Shown piece by piece: positions 35,804 through 44,702 of a stretch of DNA of 64,000 bases (position 1 is its first letter; every line of letters starts with the position of its first letter). The notes beneath the pieces are model-generated. The model was not told where the DNA came from, ran no database searches, and was given only the letters and a program-made list of their open reading frames with translations. The stretch is from assembly GCA_026224875.1 (NCBI GenBank), contig JAMFRU010000089.1, positions 50,259 to 114,258 of the forward strand, in the 5' to 3' direction. Origin of the DNA: Acidocella sp. GTDB taxonomy: Bacteria > Pseudomonadota > Alphaproteobacteria > Acetobacterales > Acetobacteraceae. Both the position numbers and the translations under genes were made by a program.

Positions 35804-37555
35804 CTATGATTGCAACCTGGGTGCGGCCTCAATCAACGCCTTGGTGTAGGCCTCCCGCGGGTTCGCCAGCAGCGCCGCCGTCTCATTCACCTCGATCACC
35901 CGCCCCCCGCGCAGCACCGCAATCCGGTCCGCGAGATAACTCACCACCGCAAAATCATGGCTGATCAACAAACATGAAAGCCCGCGTTTGGCACCGATGC
36001 CGCGCAAAAGATTCAGCAGCAGCGCCTGGGTGGAGACATCGAGCGAGGATGTCGGCTCATCGAGCACCAGCAGCTCCGGCTCCGCCGCCAGCGCCCTGGC
36101 GATGGCCACGCGCTGCGCCTGCCCGCCGGACACGCTGCCCGGATAAACCGGCATCAACGCAGCGCTCAACCCCACATCCGCCAGCAGTGCTTTTACGCGC
36201 CGCATCGCCTCGGGCTTCGCCACCCCGGCCAGGTGCAATGGTTCCGCAATAATCTCGCCAATTTTCATGCGCGGGTTCAAGCTCTCGCGCGGGTCCTGAA
36301 ACACCACCTGCATGCGCCGCCGTGCCGCCCGCAGTTTTGCCCCGCGCAAGCCGCCCAAATCCTGCCCGCCCAGCAACACATGCCCGGCATAAGGCAGCAT
36401 CTGCAAAACCGCTTTGCCCAGGCTCGATTTGCCGGAGCCACTCTCGCCGACAATTCCCAGGCACTCGCCCTGCCCAATCACCAGCGACAAATTCTCCAGC
36501 ACCGGTAGCCCCTTGCCAAACCGCAGTGCCAGGCCATCGACTTCCAGCAACGGCGCGAATTTTTGCACCACCTTCTCCACCCCCGCGGAGCCGGCACGTT
36601 CAGCGTTACGCAGCGGATACAGGCACGCGGCCGTCGTCCCCCGCTCCACCGGCGCCGGATACTCAACGGCACAATCCGCCTGCGCATAATCACATCGCGG
36701 CGCAAACCGGCAACCAGGCGGCCGTGCCTCGGGTTCCGGCAACTGCCCCGGAATCTCCGCCAGCCGCGCCTGCCCTAACCATGCCACCGCCCCGCGCAAC
36801 GCCGCCGAATACGGATGCCGCGGCTGCGCGAAAAACGTTTTTGCGCCGCCCCACTCCACACTGCGCCCGGCATACAGCACATGCACCGCATCCGCATGTT
36901 CGGCCACCACCGAGAGATCATGCGTCACAAACAGCACCGCCAGATTTAACTCCCGCCGCAACCGTGCGAGCAACTGCAAAATCTGCCGCGCGATCACCGG
37001 GTCCAGCCCCGTCGTCGGTTCATCTGCAATCAGCAACTTTGGTGAGCATGCCAGCGCCATCGCAATCATCACCCGTTGGCGCATGCCGCCGGAAAACTGA
37101 TGCGGAAAATCATCCGCCCGCGCGGCCGCATCCGGAATTCCAACCTCGCCCAGCAGCTCCACCGCTTTTTCGCGCGCGGCCAAAACACTCCCACCTTTAT
37201 GCACGCGCCAGGCCTCGCCAATCTGCGACGCCACGGTACGCGAAGGGTTCAACGCCGCCAGCGGATCCTGAAACACCATCCCGGCAACAGACCCGCGCAA
37301 CTGCCGCAACCGCGCCTCACCTGCCTGCGCGATATTCTCGCCATCCAGAAAAATCTCACCGGAAATTTTCGCGCCCAACGGCAGCAGCCGCAGCACGGAA
37401 AGTGCTGCCACGGTCTTGCCCGAGCCGCTCTCCCCCACCAGTGCCACCATCTCGCCCGGCACGATGCTGAGATTAAAATGCTCCAGCACCGGCACATCCC
37501 GGCCGCCACGCTTCAGCGTCACGGTCAAATCGCGTATCTCCAGCACTGGCTTCAT
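35804..37555 (-). CDS. ABC transporter ATP-binding protein with duplicated ATPase domains (Dpp/Opp D-F fusion type)
   Basis: Two Walker A motifs (GESGSGKT, GESGSGKS) and two LSGG signatures. The likely start MKPVLEIRDL overlaps the upstream stop (ATGA). Confidence 0.85.
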   Translation of the reverse strand: MKPVLEIRDLTVTLKRGGRDVPVLEHFNLSIVPGEMVALVGESGSGKTVAALSVLRLLPLGAKISGEIFLDGENIAQAGEARLRQLRGSVAGMVFQDPLAALNPSRTVASQIGEAWRVHKGGSVLAAREKAVELLGEVGIPDAAARADDFPHQFSGGMRQRVMIAMALACSPKLLIADEPTTGLDPVIARQILQLLARLRRELNLAVLFVTHDLSVVAEHADAVHVLYAGRSVEWGGAKTFFAQPRHPYSAALRGAVAWLGQARLAEIPGQLPEPEARPPGCRFAPRCDYAQADCAVEYPAPVERGTTAACLYPLRNAERAGSAGVEKVVQKFAPLLEVDGLALRFGKGLPVLENLSLVIGQGECLGIVGESGSGKSSLGKAVLQMLPYAGHVLLGGQDLGGLRGAKLRAARRRMQVVFQDPRESLNPRMKIGEIIAEPLHLAGVAKPEAMRRVKALLADVGLSAALMPVYPGSVSGGQAQRVAIARALAAEPELLVLDEPTSSLDVSTQALLLNLLRGIGAKRGLSCLLISHDFAVVSYLADRIAVLRGGRVIEVNETAALLANPREAYTKALIEAAPRLQS

Positions 37556-38361
37556 CGGCGCAACAGCCCGCGCCCGGTCAGCGAGGCCGCTAACAGTGCC
37601 GCAAAAATCATCAACCCCGGCGGCACGATCAGCCACCAAGGTGCCAGCGCAATAATATCCAGCGCCGATTGCAGCAGGCTCCCCCAGCTCACCTGCGGCG
37701 GCTGCAGGCCTAAACCCAGAAAACTCAAAGCGGACAGAGCAAAGATCGTATCGCCGACCAGAAACGTCGCATTCACCACCAGCACCGGTGCCACCACCCG
37801 CAGCACATGCACCCGCGCGATATAAAACGGCCCCGCGCCCGCCTGCCGTGCTGCCAGCATAAAATCCCGGCCCCGCTGCGCCCGCGTTTCGTTACGCACT
37901 AAACGGGCCAGGCCGGGCCAGGAGATAAATCCCAGCAGCAGCACCAGACTCGCATTATTCAGTGGCACGATGGAAGCGAAGAAAATCAGCACCACCAGGC
38001 TCGGCAGCGCCAGCACCACATCCAGCAGCCGCATTAAAACCTTATCCAGCCAGCCCGGCCCCAGCCCCGCGAGCAGCCCGTAGGCCAGCCCCGTAACAAA
38101 CGCCAGCACCGCCGCCGGCAGCGAAACAACCAGAGTCGCCTTACCCCCCGCCAGGAGAAGCGCCAACCCATCGCGCCCCAACTCATCCGTGCCCAGCGGA
38201 AAGTGCCGACTCGGTGCCTGCAGCGCATATGCCGGGTGAATCGCATAAGGATCGGCATGGTACACCCACGGCCCAAACAGCCCGGCCAGCACCACCGCTG
38301 CCCCGAGCAGCATACCCGCCCGCGCTTCACTCATACTGGCCTCGCGGGTCGAGCCACCCAT
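37552..38361 (-). CDS. ABC transporter permease (DppC/OppC-like)
   Basis: BPD_transp_1-type permease. An alternative start at 38334 (MSEARAG) would overlap the upstream stop by 8 nt. Confidence 0.8.
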   Translation of the reverse strand: MGGSTREASMSEARAGMLLGAAVVLAGLFGPWVYHADPYAIHPAYALQAPSRHFPLGTDELGRDGLALLLAGGKATLVVSLPAAVLAFVTGLAYGLLAGLGPGWLDKVLMRLLDVVLALPSLVVLIFFASIVPLNNASLVLLLGFISWPGLARLVRNETRAQRGRDFMLAARQAGAGPFYIARVHVLRVVAPVLVVNATFLVGDTIFALSALSFLGLGLQPPQVSWGSLLQSALDIIALAPWWLIVPPGLMIFAALLAASLTGRGLLRR

Positions 38362-39268
38362 TCACCAAATCCGCCAGCAAATTCCCCAGCACGGTGAGCA
38401 GCCCGATCAACAATACAATCGCAATCAACACCGGATAATCCCGCCCCAAAGCCGAGCGCCACAACAGCCATCCCAACCCCGGATAATTGAACACCGATTC
38501 CACAATCACCCCGCCCGTAAATATATACGGGAAAGACAGCCCCAGCATCGTCACCAGCGGCCGCAAGGCATTGCGCATCACATGGCGGAACAAAATCCCC
38601 GCAAACCCCACACCCTTCGCTTGCGCCGTGCGCACATAGTCCTTGCCCAGCTCCTCATGCACCGCCTCGCCAAAATAGCGCGACAGCATCGGCACGGTCA
38701 GCAGCATCACCGTAATAACCGGCAACACCAGATGCGCCGCGAACGTACCAATACCAGGATGCGCCAGCCGCGGATTGCCGATGCCACTCGCGGGGAGCCA
38801 ATGCAGCCCCACGGCAAAACACAACACCAGAATGGCCGCGGTAAAAAACGGCGGTGTCGCATAAAACACCAGCTGAAACACGCCGATAACCCCCGCCGGC
38901 CAGCGCCCATGCCATACGCCTTGCGCGGCCCCGAGCAAAACTGCCAGCATAGTGCTCAAACAAATAGCAATGGCGTAGAACACCAGCGTGTTAACCTCAT
39001 AATCCCACAGCAGCGCGCCCACCGGCCGGTTGAGCAAATAGGAGTAACCCAGCTGCCCATGCAACAGATGCCACCACCATATCCCATACTGCTTCAGCAA
39101 CGGTGCCCCCAGCCCCAGCCGCGCATTCAACGCCGCCACCGATTCTGGCGTCGCCTTCTGCCCCAATATGGAAAACGCCGGGCCGCCGGGTGTGAGATGC
39201 GCCATAAAAAACACCAGCGTCACCAGTAGAAAAATCGAAACCGCACTGGAGAGCAACCGGCGCAGCAT
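38327..39268 (-). CDS. ABC transporter permease (DppB/OppB-like)
   Basis: The likely start MLRRLLSS (ATG 39268-39266) overlaps the SBP stop by 1 nt (TGATG). It has the typical EAA-loop region. Confidence 0.85.
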   Translation of the reverse strand: MLRRLLSSAVSIFLLVTLVFFMAHLTPGGPAFSILGQKATPESVAALNARLGLGAPLLKQYGIWWWHLLHGQLGYSYLLNRPVGALLWDYEVNTLVFYAIAICLSTMLAVLLGAAQGVWHGRWPAGVIGVFQLVFYATPPFFTAAILVLCFAVGLHWLPASGIGNPRLAHPGIGTFAAHLVLPVITVMLLTVPMLSRYFGEAVHEELGKDYVRTAQAKGVGFAGILFRHVMRNALRPLVTMLGLSFPYIFTGGVIVESVFNYPGLGWLLWRSALGRDYPVLIAIVLLIGLLTVLGNLLADLVNGWLDPRGQYE

Positions 39269-40887
39269 CACAACGTACTCGTGCAATAGAGTTTCTCAGG
39301 CGCCCAGGCCCCGAGCGGATTCAAAAAATCCTGCACCCCATGCAGCCCTTTGCGCACCAGCACGGAGTAGCGCTCGTTGGGCAGAAAAATCACCGGCTGC
39401 TGCGCACTGGCATAATCCTGATACGCAAACAGCCCGTCCATGCCCGGCGCATCGGTGCTCTGCTTGATCAACCGGTCCATATGCGCATCCGCATAGCCAT
39501 TGTTATTCAGCGCCGCACCTTGCGCAAAAAGCTCCTCGCCACTCGGATAGGCTCCAAGATTCATCCCAATCAAAATCGCCTGCCAGGCTTGCGGCTGCCC
39601 CACCATCGCCGCCAGCAGCTGGTTGAACTCCATCTGCCGCACCTGCATGGCAATCCCCACCGCTTGCAAATCCTGTTGAATGCTCTCGGCAATTTCAATC
39701 CGCAACGGCTGGCCCGCCGGGATCGATAGAGTGAACGCCAAACGCTGGCCATTTTTTATCAGCACCCCATCCGCCCCCGGCACAAACCCCGCCGCCGCCA
39801 GCAACGCCTTTGCCTTCGCGGGGTCATACCCCACGGGAAAATCACCCGCCTTCGCCGCCGGCGATAAAAACGTTGTGGGATAAGGCGGCACTGGCCCATA
39901 CACCGGCAGCCCCAGCCCATGCATCGCCAAATCCACAATCCGTTGCTGGCCGATCGCATCCGCCAGCGCCTGGCGCACGCGCACATCGGCAAAAAACAGT
40001 GTGGTCTTATTGGCCATATTCGGGATCAGCTCATGCCAGGAATAACTCGGCGGCAAATTCACCACATCATCACCCGGCAGCGTCAGCGCTTTCGCATACA
40101 GGTCAAACGGAATGTTGCTCATATCGAGATCGCCCGATTGCACCGCCTGCAATTCCTGCCCCTCGGCATTCTCGAATTTCAGCACAAACCGCGAAAAATG
40201 CATGCGCGCGCCGCCATATAGCGGGTTAGGCACAAACACCGCATCAATCCCGATATTCAGCGCCACCGGCAGCAACGGCCCGTCGCCGACATGGAAAAAA
40301 TCCACATCACTCTGTGCCTGCCAGATCTGATCCGTCGAATACCGCGCCCAAACATGTTGCGGCAGCGGCATCAACTGCGAGAGCCCGTTCAGGATAAACC
40401 ATTGCGGGTTCACCGCGCGCTTCAGCACCACATGCACATGCATGGCATCGGGTGCGGTAATGTTCGCCACAATATCCGGCATGCCGCCCTGGCCATACGC
40501 CGCATAGGCCGGCCCAAATTTTTCGGTCAAGGCAAACGCGTACAGAACATCGGCAGATGTCACCGCCACGCCATCGGACCATACCCAAGGCCGCAAAATC
40601 ACATCATAGGTTTTGCCGTCAGCCGAAGATGTCACAGCACTGGCGATGCTGCGTTCGTAATCAATTTCATGATACCGGTTGACCCAGAGCAGCGGCTGGA
40701 AAATCAGCCCCGCCGCTTCCTGGTTATACAGCGAGCTGGTCAGCAGCGGGTTCAGCGAGGTCACATCCGCGCCCGGCCCAATCCCCAGCCCCGGCGGGAT
40801 CACGATACTCCCGCAATCCTGCGCCAAAGCAGGGGCAACCCAAAACACGATGCATGCAACTGCTAAAAATCGAAGCCAGCTGCCCAA
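39268..40887 (-). CDS. ABC transporter substrate-binding protein, family 5 (peptide/nickel type)
   Basis: 539 aa with a signal peptide. It is the first gene of the four-gene importer operon. Confidence 0.85.
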   Translation of the reverse strand: MGSWLRFLAVACIVFWVAPALAQDCGSIVIPPGLGIGPGADVTSLNPLLTSSLYNQEAAGLIFQPLLWVNRYHEIDYERSIASAVTSSADGKTYDVILRPWVWSDGVAVTSADVLYAFALTEKFGPAYAAYGQGGMPDIVANITAPDAMHVHVVLKRAVNPQWFILNGLSQLMPLPQHVWARYSTDQIWQAQSDVDFFHVGDGPLLPVALNIGIDAVFVPNPLYGGARMHFSRFVLKFENAEGQELQAVQSGDLDMSNIPFDLYAKALTLPGDDVVNLPPSYSWHELIPNMANKTTLFFADVRVRQALADAIGQQRIVDLAMHGLGLPVYGPVPPYPTTFLSPAAKAGDFPVGYDPAKAKALLAAAGFVPGADGVLIKNGQRLAFTLSIPAGQPLRIEIAESIQQDLQAVGIAMQVRQMEFNQLLAAMVGQPQAWQAILIGMNLGAYPSGEELFAQGAALNNNGYADAHMDRLIKQSTDAPGMDGLFAYQDYASAQQPVIFLPNERYSVLVRKGLHGVQDFLNPLGAWAPEKLYCTSTL

Positions 40888-40890
40888 TGT

Positions 40891-42147
40891 TTAAAGCGTC
40901 GTGCCGGAGGCGCGCCCAAGCAGCGTCGTGCCGGAGGCACGCCCAAGCAGCATCATGCCGGGCAGACGCCAGCGCAAAGTGCCGGGTTTTGCACAGGCCG
41001 GGCATAAAGCGGCCCAACCCGGCGCGGTTGTATGGCAGGCATCGCATATCCACGCGCTACGCCCCGGCGTGCGCGGCCGCCCGTCCAGCGCGTCCAAAAT
41101 ACCCTGCCCGCGCCCATCATCGGCCCCCGTGGCGATAGCCGCATCGGCATGGCGTTTGGCTTCGGCTACTAGCCCGGCATCGAGTGCGGTCTGCGCCAGC
41201 ACCAGTTCGGATTCCACATGGCCCGGCTTGGCCGCCGCCAGTTCCACCGCATCCTGCGCCCGCGCCAGCGGTGCGGCACCCGGCGCTAACCATGCCTCCG
41301 CCAGCATCGGGTGCGGTGCTGCGCCCCATGCCGAGAGCACGGCCTTGCGCGCTGCCCGTACCTTGCCCAAATCCCGCAACGCCTGTGCTGCCTCAACCAC
41401 CGCCGGCGCAAAATCCGGTGCGGCTTTCAGCGCCATTTGCGCAAAGTTAAGTTTTTCGCGCGGCGCGCTCACCTGGGCCCCCGCCGCCACGGCCAGCGCC
41501 GCAACCTCGTTCTTCTCGCGCGTCAGCCCCAAAGCGGCGGAAAAATCCCGCGCCTGCAACGCCAGAACCAGCCTCTGTGTCCGTGTCCAGGCCGCCCCCG
41601 GATACGCATCCTCCGCATTGGCGGCATGGCGTCCCGCGGCCTCATGGTCGGCCTCGCCCATGCTCGCTTCCGCCAGGCCCCGATGCCCGAGAAACCGCAT
41701 CTCCTTATGCGCGGCCAGTGCCGCAAACGCGGCGCGCGCCCCGGCCGCATCGCCCGATAATTTGGCAGCCTCGGCGCGCAGCCACAGCACCACTGCCGTC
41801 TCGCCCAGCAGTTTGGCTGCCCGCCCGGCCTCGGCTTTGGCCGCCGCCGCATCGCCCGCCGCCACCGCCACCAGCCCGCGCTGGGTCGCAATGTCGCCCG
41901 CCACCACGCGCTTGGTCCGCCGCCGCGCCGCCACATTTTTGGGCACGCGGCCAATGCCGCCCAGCACCCGCAGCACGATCACAAACAACGCCGCGATCAG
42001 AAACAACAGCAGCAACGCCGCCGGGGTGGAGGTACTTACGGTATATGCCCCGGCCCGCGCCGTCACATCGCCGGGCAGACCGCCCACAACCCAGGCCAGC
42101 GCCAATAACAGCGCCGCCAGGACCAAAAATTTGGCGGCCGTCAGCAT
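40891..42147 (-). CDS. hemY: HemY-like TPR membrane protein with C-terminal zinc ribbon
   Basis: The likely start is MLTAAKFLVLAALLLALAW (TGATG overlap with the upstream stop). Two N-terminal TM helices and Ala-rich TPR-like repeats are followed by CDACHTTAPGWAALCPACAKPG. Confidence 0.8.
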   Translation of the reverse strand: MLTAAKFLVLAALLLALAWVVGGLPGDVTARAGAYTVSTSTPAALLLLFLIAALFVIVLRVLGGIGRVPKNVAARRRTKRVVAGDIATQRGLVAVAAGDAAAAKAEAGRAAKLLGETAVVLWLRAEAAKLSGDAAGARAAFAALAAHKEMRFLGHRGLAEASMGEADHEAAGRHAANAEDAYPGAAWTRTQRLVLALQARDFSAALGLTREKNEVAALAVAAGAQVSAPREKLNFAQMALKAAPDFAPAVVEAAQALRDLGKVRAARKAVLSAWGAAPHPMLAEAWLAPGAAPLARAQDAVELAAAKPGHVESELVLAQTALDAGLVAEAKRHADAAIATGADDGRGQGILDALDGRPRTPGRSAWICDACHTTAPGWAALCPACAKPGTLRWRLPGMMLLGRASGTTLLGRASGTTL

Positions 42148-43031
42148 CAGCTGCCCCGCGCCATGGTTACAAGTGCCGCGCGCGCCGCCAGCAGCGCCTG
42201 CGCCTGGCCCAGCCAATCGGCCATGGCTGCCTGCGCCGGCGCGCTCATACCCTGCAACGCCGCCACGGCGCCCGCCAGATCGCCATTATCCAGCGCCCTG
42301 CGCGCCGCATTGATCGCCGCCGCGGCGGGCGGCCCAAAAATCACGCGGCTGCCGTCGCTGCCCGCTTCACTAATCGTGATAATCCCCTCCAGCCGCAGTT
42401 TTACCCGCGTCCACACGCCAATATCGCCATTCGCGGTCAGGCTGGCTTCGGAGGCCTTGCGCGCCGCATCCTCAAAACTTCCCCGTAACTGCGCCTCTAC
42501 CGGCGGCGCCACCGTGGCAAACTGCGCCAGTTCCGGCGGCGCATTGGGGATTTGCCCCAAAGGCTGCCCGGCATCCAGTGCCAGACGCGCCGTTCCCAGC
42601 GCGTTCAGCAAAGTCATCTGCTGGGTCAACTTGCCCAGATCCTGTGCATTGGTCTGCATCACGGAGAGGGCGCCGTGGTCGGCCGCCGCCTGTGCCTGCA
42701 CCGCGGCCAATTGCGCCGCCAGCACCACGTATTTCTGCGCCAGGTCCGCCTGCGCGGTCAGGCTGTCGGGTGCCGGCGCGGTACGGGCCTGCGTTGCGCG
42801 AACATCGTCCATCTGCGCCCGCAGCACGGCCAGTTCGGTGGCATCGGCCCTATGCGCCTGCGCATTGTACCAGATGAACCCCTCGCCCCCGGCCAGCACC
42901 AAAAACCCAAGCGCAAACACCACCGGCCACACAGAGCGGCGCGGCCTTGCCACCACCACGGGCGGCTGTACCGGCTGTTGCCCAAGCGGGGGTGCTGCCA
43001 GCAGTTTTACCTCGGGTTCCGTCTCGCTCAT
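42147..43031 (-). CDS. Mitofilin/Mic60-like inner-membrane protein (alphaproteobacterial Mic60 homologue position)
   Basis: One N-terminal TM helix, a coiled-coil-like Ala/Gln-rich middle, and the C-terminal segment INAARRALDNGDLAGAVAALQGMSAPAQAAMADWLGQAQALLAARAAL. It sits between hemD and hemY. Confidence 0.65.
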   Translation of the reverse strand: MSETEPEVKLLAAPPLGQQPVQPPVVVARPRRSVWPVVFALGFLVLAGGEGFIWYNAQAHRADATELAVLRAQMDDVRATQARTAPAPDSLTAQADLAQKYVVLAAQLAAVQAQAAADHGALSVMQTNAQDLGKLTQQMTLLNALGTARLALDAGQPLGQIPNAPPELAQFATVAPPVEAQLRGSFEDAARKASEASLTANGDIGVWTRVKLRLEGIITISEAGSDGSRVIFGPPAAAAINAARRALDNGDLAGAVAALQGMSAPAQAAMADWLGQAQALLAARAALVTMARGS

Positions 43032-43696
43032 GCCAGCAATGCCATCAAATCCGCCTCCGTTGGCGCCAGTGCGACATGGATTCGCGCCCAGGGCAAGCCT
43101 GTTAGTGCCTGCGCCACATTACCACTTAGCGCATATGCCTGCATCGCCGCCGTGCCGGGCGGGTTCACCTTGGCAAACGCCAACGCCGTCTCGGCCGAGT
43201 AGAACAAAGCTGCATCCAGCGCCCCGGCGGCCAATGCATCCCGCACATCATCGGGCAGGTTTTGCAGTTTGGTCACGGTATAAACCTTGCGCCGCGCCGC
43301 CGTTATGCCCGCCGCGCGCAGCCGTGCCAGCAGCGCCAACCCATGCCGCTCGCCCACCGCCAGCACATGCAGCCCGGTCAGGTTGCGCGCCAGAATCAGC
43401 CGGAACAAATCCCCGGCATCGCCCGCCGCACTTTCAACGCGGGTAAACCCCGCCTGCCGCAGTTTTATCGCCGTGGCATCGCCCACGCAGAATACCGGCA
43501 CATTATGCAGCCGCGCGGGCAAAGCCGGCACTGCCTGGCCGCTGGTTACCACCAAAGCGGCGGGGTGTTCCGGCAAACGCGGCGGCAAGGTTTTAACGGC
43601 AAGGCAGGGCAGGAGCAAAACCTCATGCCCCATCGCTGCCAGACGCGCCGCCGTGGCACTCGCCCCCGGCTCCGCCCTGGTCACCAGCACCTTCAA
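43028..43696 (-). CDS. hemD: Uroporphyrinogen-III synthase
   Basis: MKVLVTRAEPGASATAARLAAMGHEVLLLP. The position after hemC has an ATGA overlap. Confidence 0.8.
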   Translation of the reverse strand: MKVLVTRAEPGASATAARLAAMGHEVLLLPCLAVKTLPPRLPEHPAALVVTSGQAVPALPARLHNVPVFCVGDATAIKLRQAGFTRVESAAGDAGDLFRLILARNLTGLHVLAVGERHGLALLARLRAAGITAARRKVYTVTKLQNLPDDVRDALAAGALDAALFYSAETALAFAKVNPPGTAAMQAYALSGNVAQALTGLPWARIHVALAPTEADLMALLA

Positions 43697-44679
43697 GGCG
43701 CGAAAATATCCTGCGGACTGTCCAGCTTCAGCTCGCGCCCCAGCTCGCGCCCCAGAGCCGCGGCATCCGCCACCGGGCCAATCACGCTGCGCTGAAGCAG
43801 AAAACTCCCATCCGCCCGCGCCACAAGCCCGGTCAGATGCAGCGCCCCATCCTCCATCAGCCGCGCATACCCGCCAATCGGCGTGCGGCAGGAGCCGTCC
43901 AGCGCCAGCAGCAGCGCCCGCTCGGCCGTGGCCACGGCTTTGGCCTCCGGGTCCTCGATGGCCGCCAGCAGCTCGTGCAGTTTTACATCCGCCGTGCGCA
44001 CGGTAATCCCCACAATGCCCTGGCAGGCGGAAGGCACCATCTGCTCGGTGCTCAGCACCACGCTGGCTTTATCCGCCAGCCCGAGGCGCCGCAGCCCGGC
44101 ATAGGCCAGCAGCGTGGCATCCACCTCGCGGTTCTCCACTTTCGCCAGCCGCGTCCCCACATTGCCGCGCAGCAGAGAAAAATTCAGGTCCGGCCGCGCA
44201 TATTTCAGCTGCGCCTGGCGCCGTACGCTGGCCGAGCCGATATTCGCGCCATTGCCCAGCGCCCCATACGGGTCCGCCGGGTCCACTTTCGTGCCCGGCG
44301 GCAAAATCAGCACATCGCGCGCATCCTCGCGTTTTAACGTGCAGGCAAGGGTTATCCCCTCGGGCAGCACCGTCTCCAGATCCTTCAGGCTATGCACCGC
44401 GAAATCGATCCGCCCCTCGGCCAGCGCCTCGTGGATTTCCTTGGCGAACAGCCCCTTGCCGCCGATATCCGCCAGCGACCGGTTCTGCACCGTATCGCCG
44501 GTGGTGGTGATGATATGCTCGGCAAACACCTCCGAACGGCCGAGCGCCGGGCAGGCATCGCGCAGCAGGGCTAAAAACGTGCCGGTTTGCTGGCGGGCGA
44601 GCGGCGAACCACGGGTGCCGACTTTTAGCGGCAAGCCATGCGTATGCGAGGGTGTGTGCGGGGGAGTTACGGTTTTCAC
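43693..44679 (-). CDS. hemC: Hydroxymethylbilane synthase (porphobilinogen deaminase)
   Basis: LKVGTRGSPLARQQT, GNVGTRL, and the cofactor-Cys region DGSCRTPIG. Confidence 0.9.
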   Translation of the reverse strand: MKTVTPPHTPSHTHGLPLKVGTRGSPLARQQTGTFLALLRDACPALGRSEVFAEHIITTTGDTVQNRSLADIGGKGLFAKEIHEALAEGRIDFAVHSLKDLETVLPEGITLACTLKREDARDVLILPPGTKVDPADPYGALGNGANIGSASVRRQAQLKYARPDLNFSLLRGNVGTRLAKVENREVDATLLAYAGLRRLGLADKASVVLSTEQMVPSACQGIVGITVRTADVKLHELLAAIEDPEAKAVATAERALLLALDGSCRTPIGGYARLMEDGALHLTGLVARADGSFLLQRSVIGPVADAAALGRELGRELKLDSPQDIFAP

Positions 44680-44702
44680 CCGGCTGGTCTAGAGCGGGTG
44701 GC

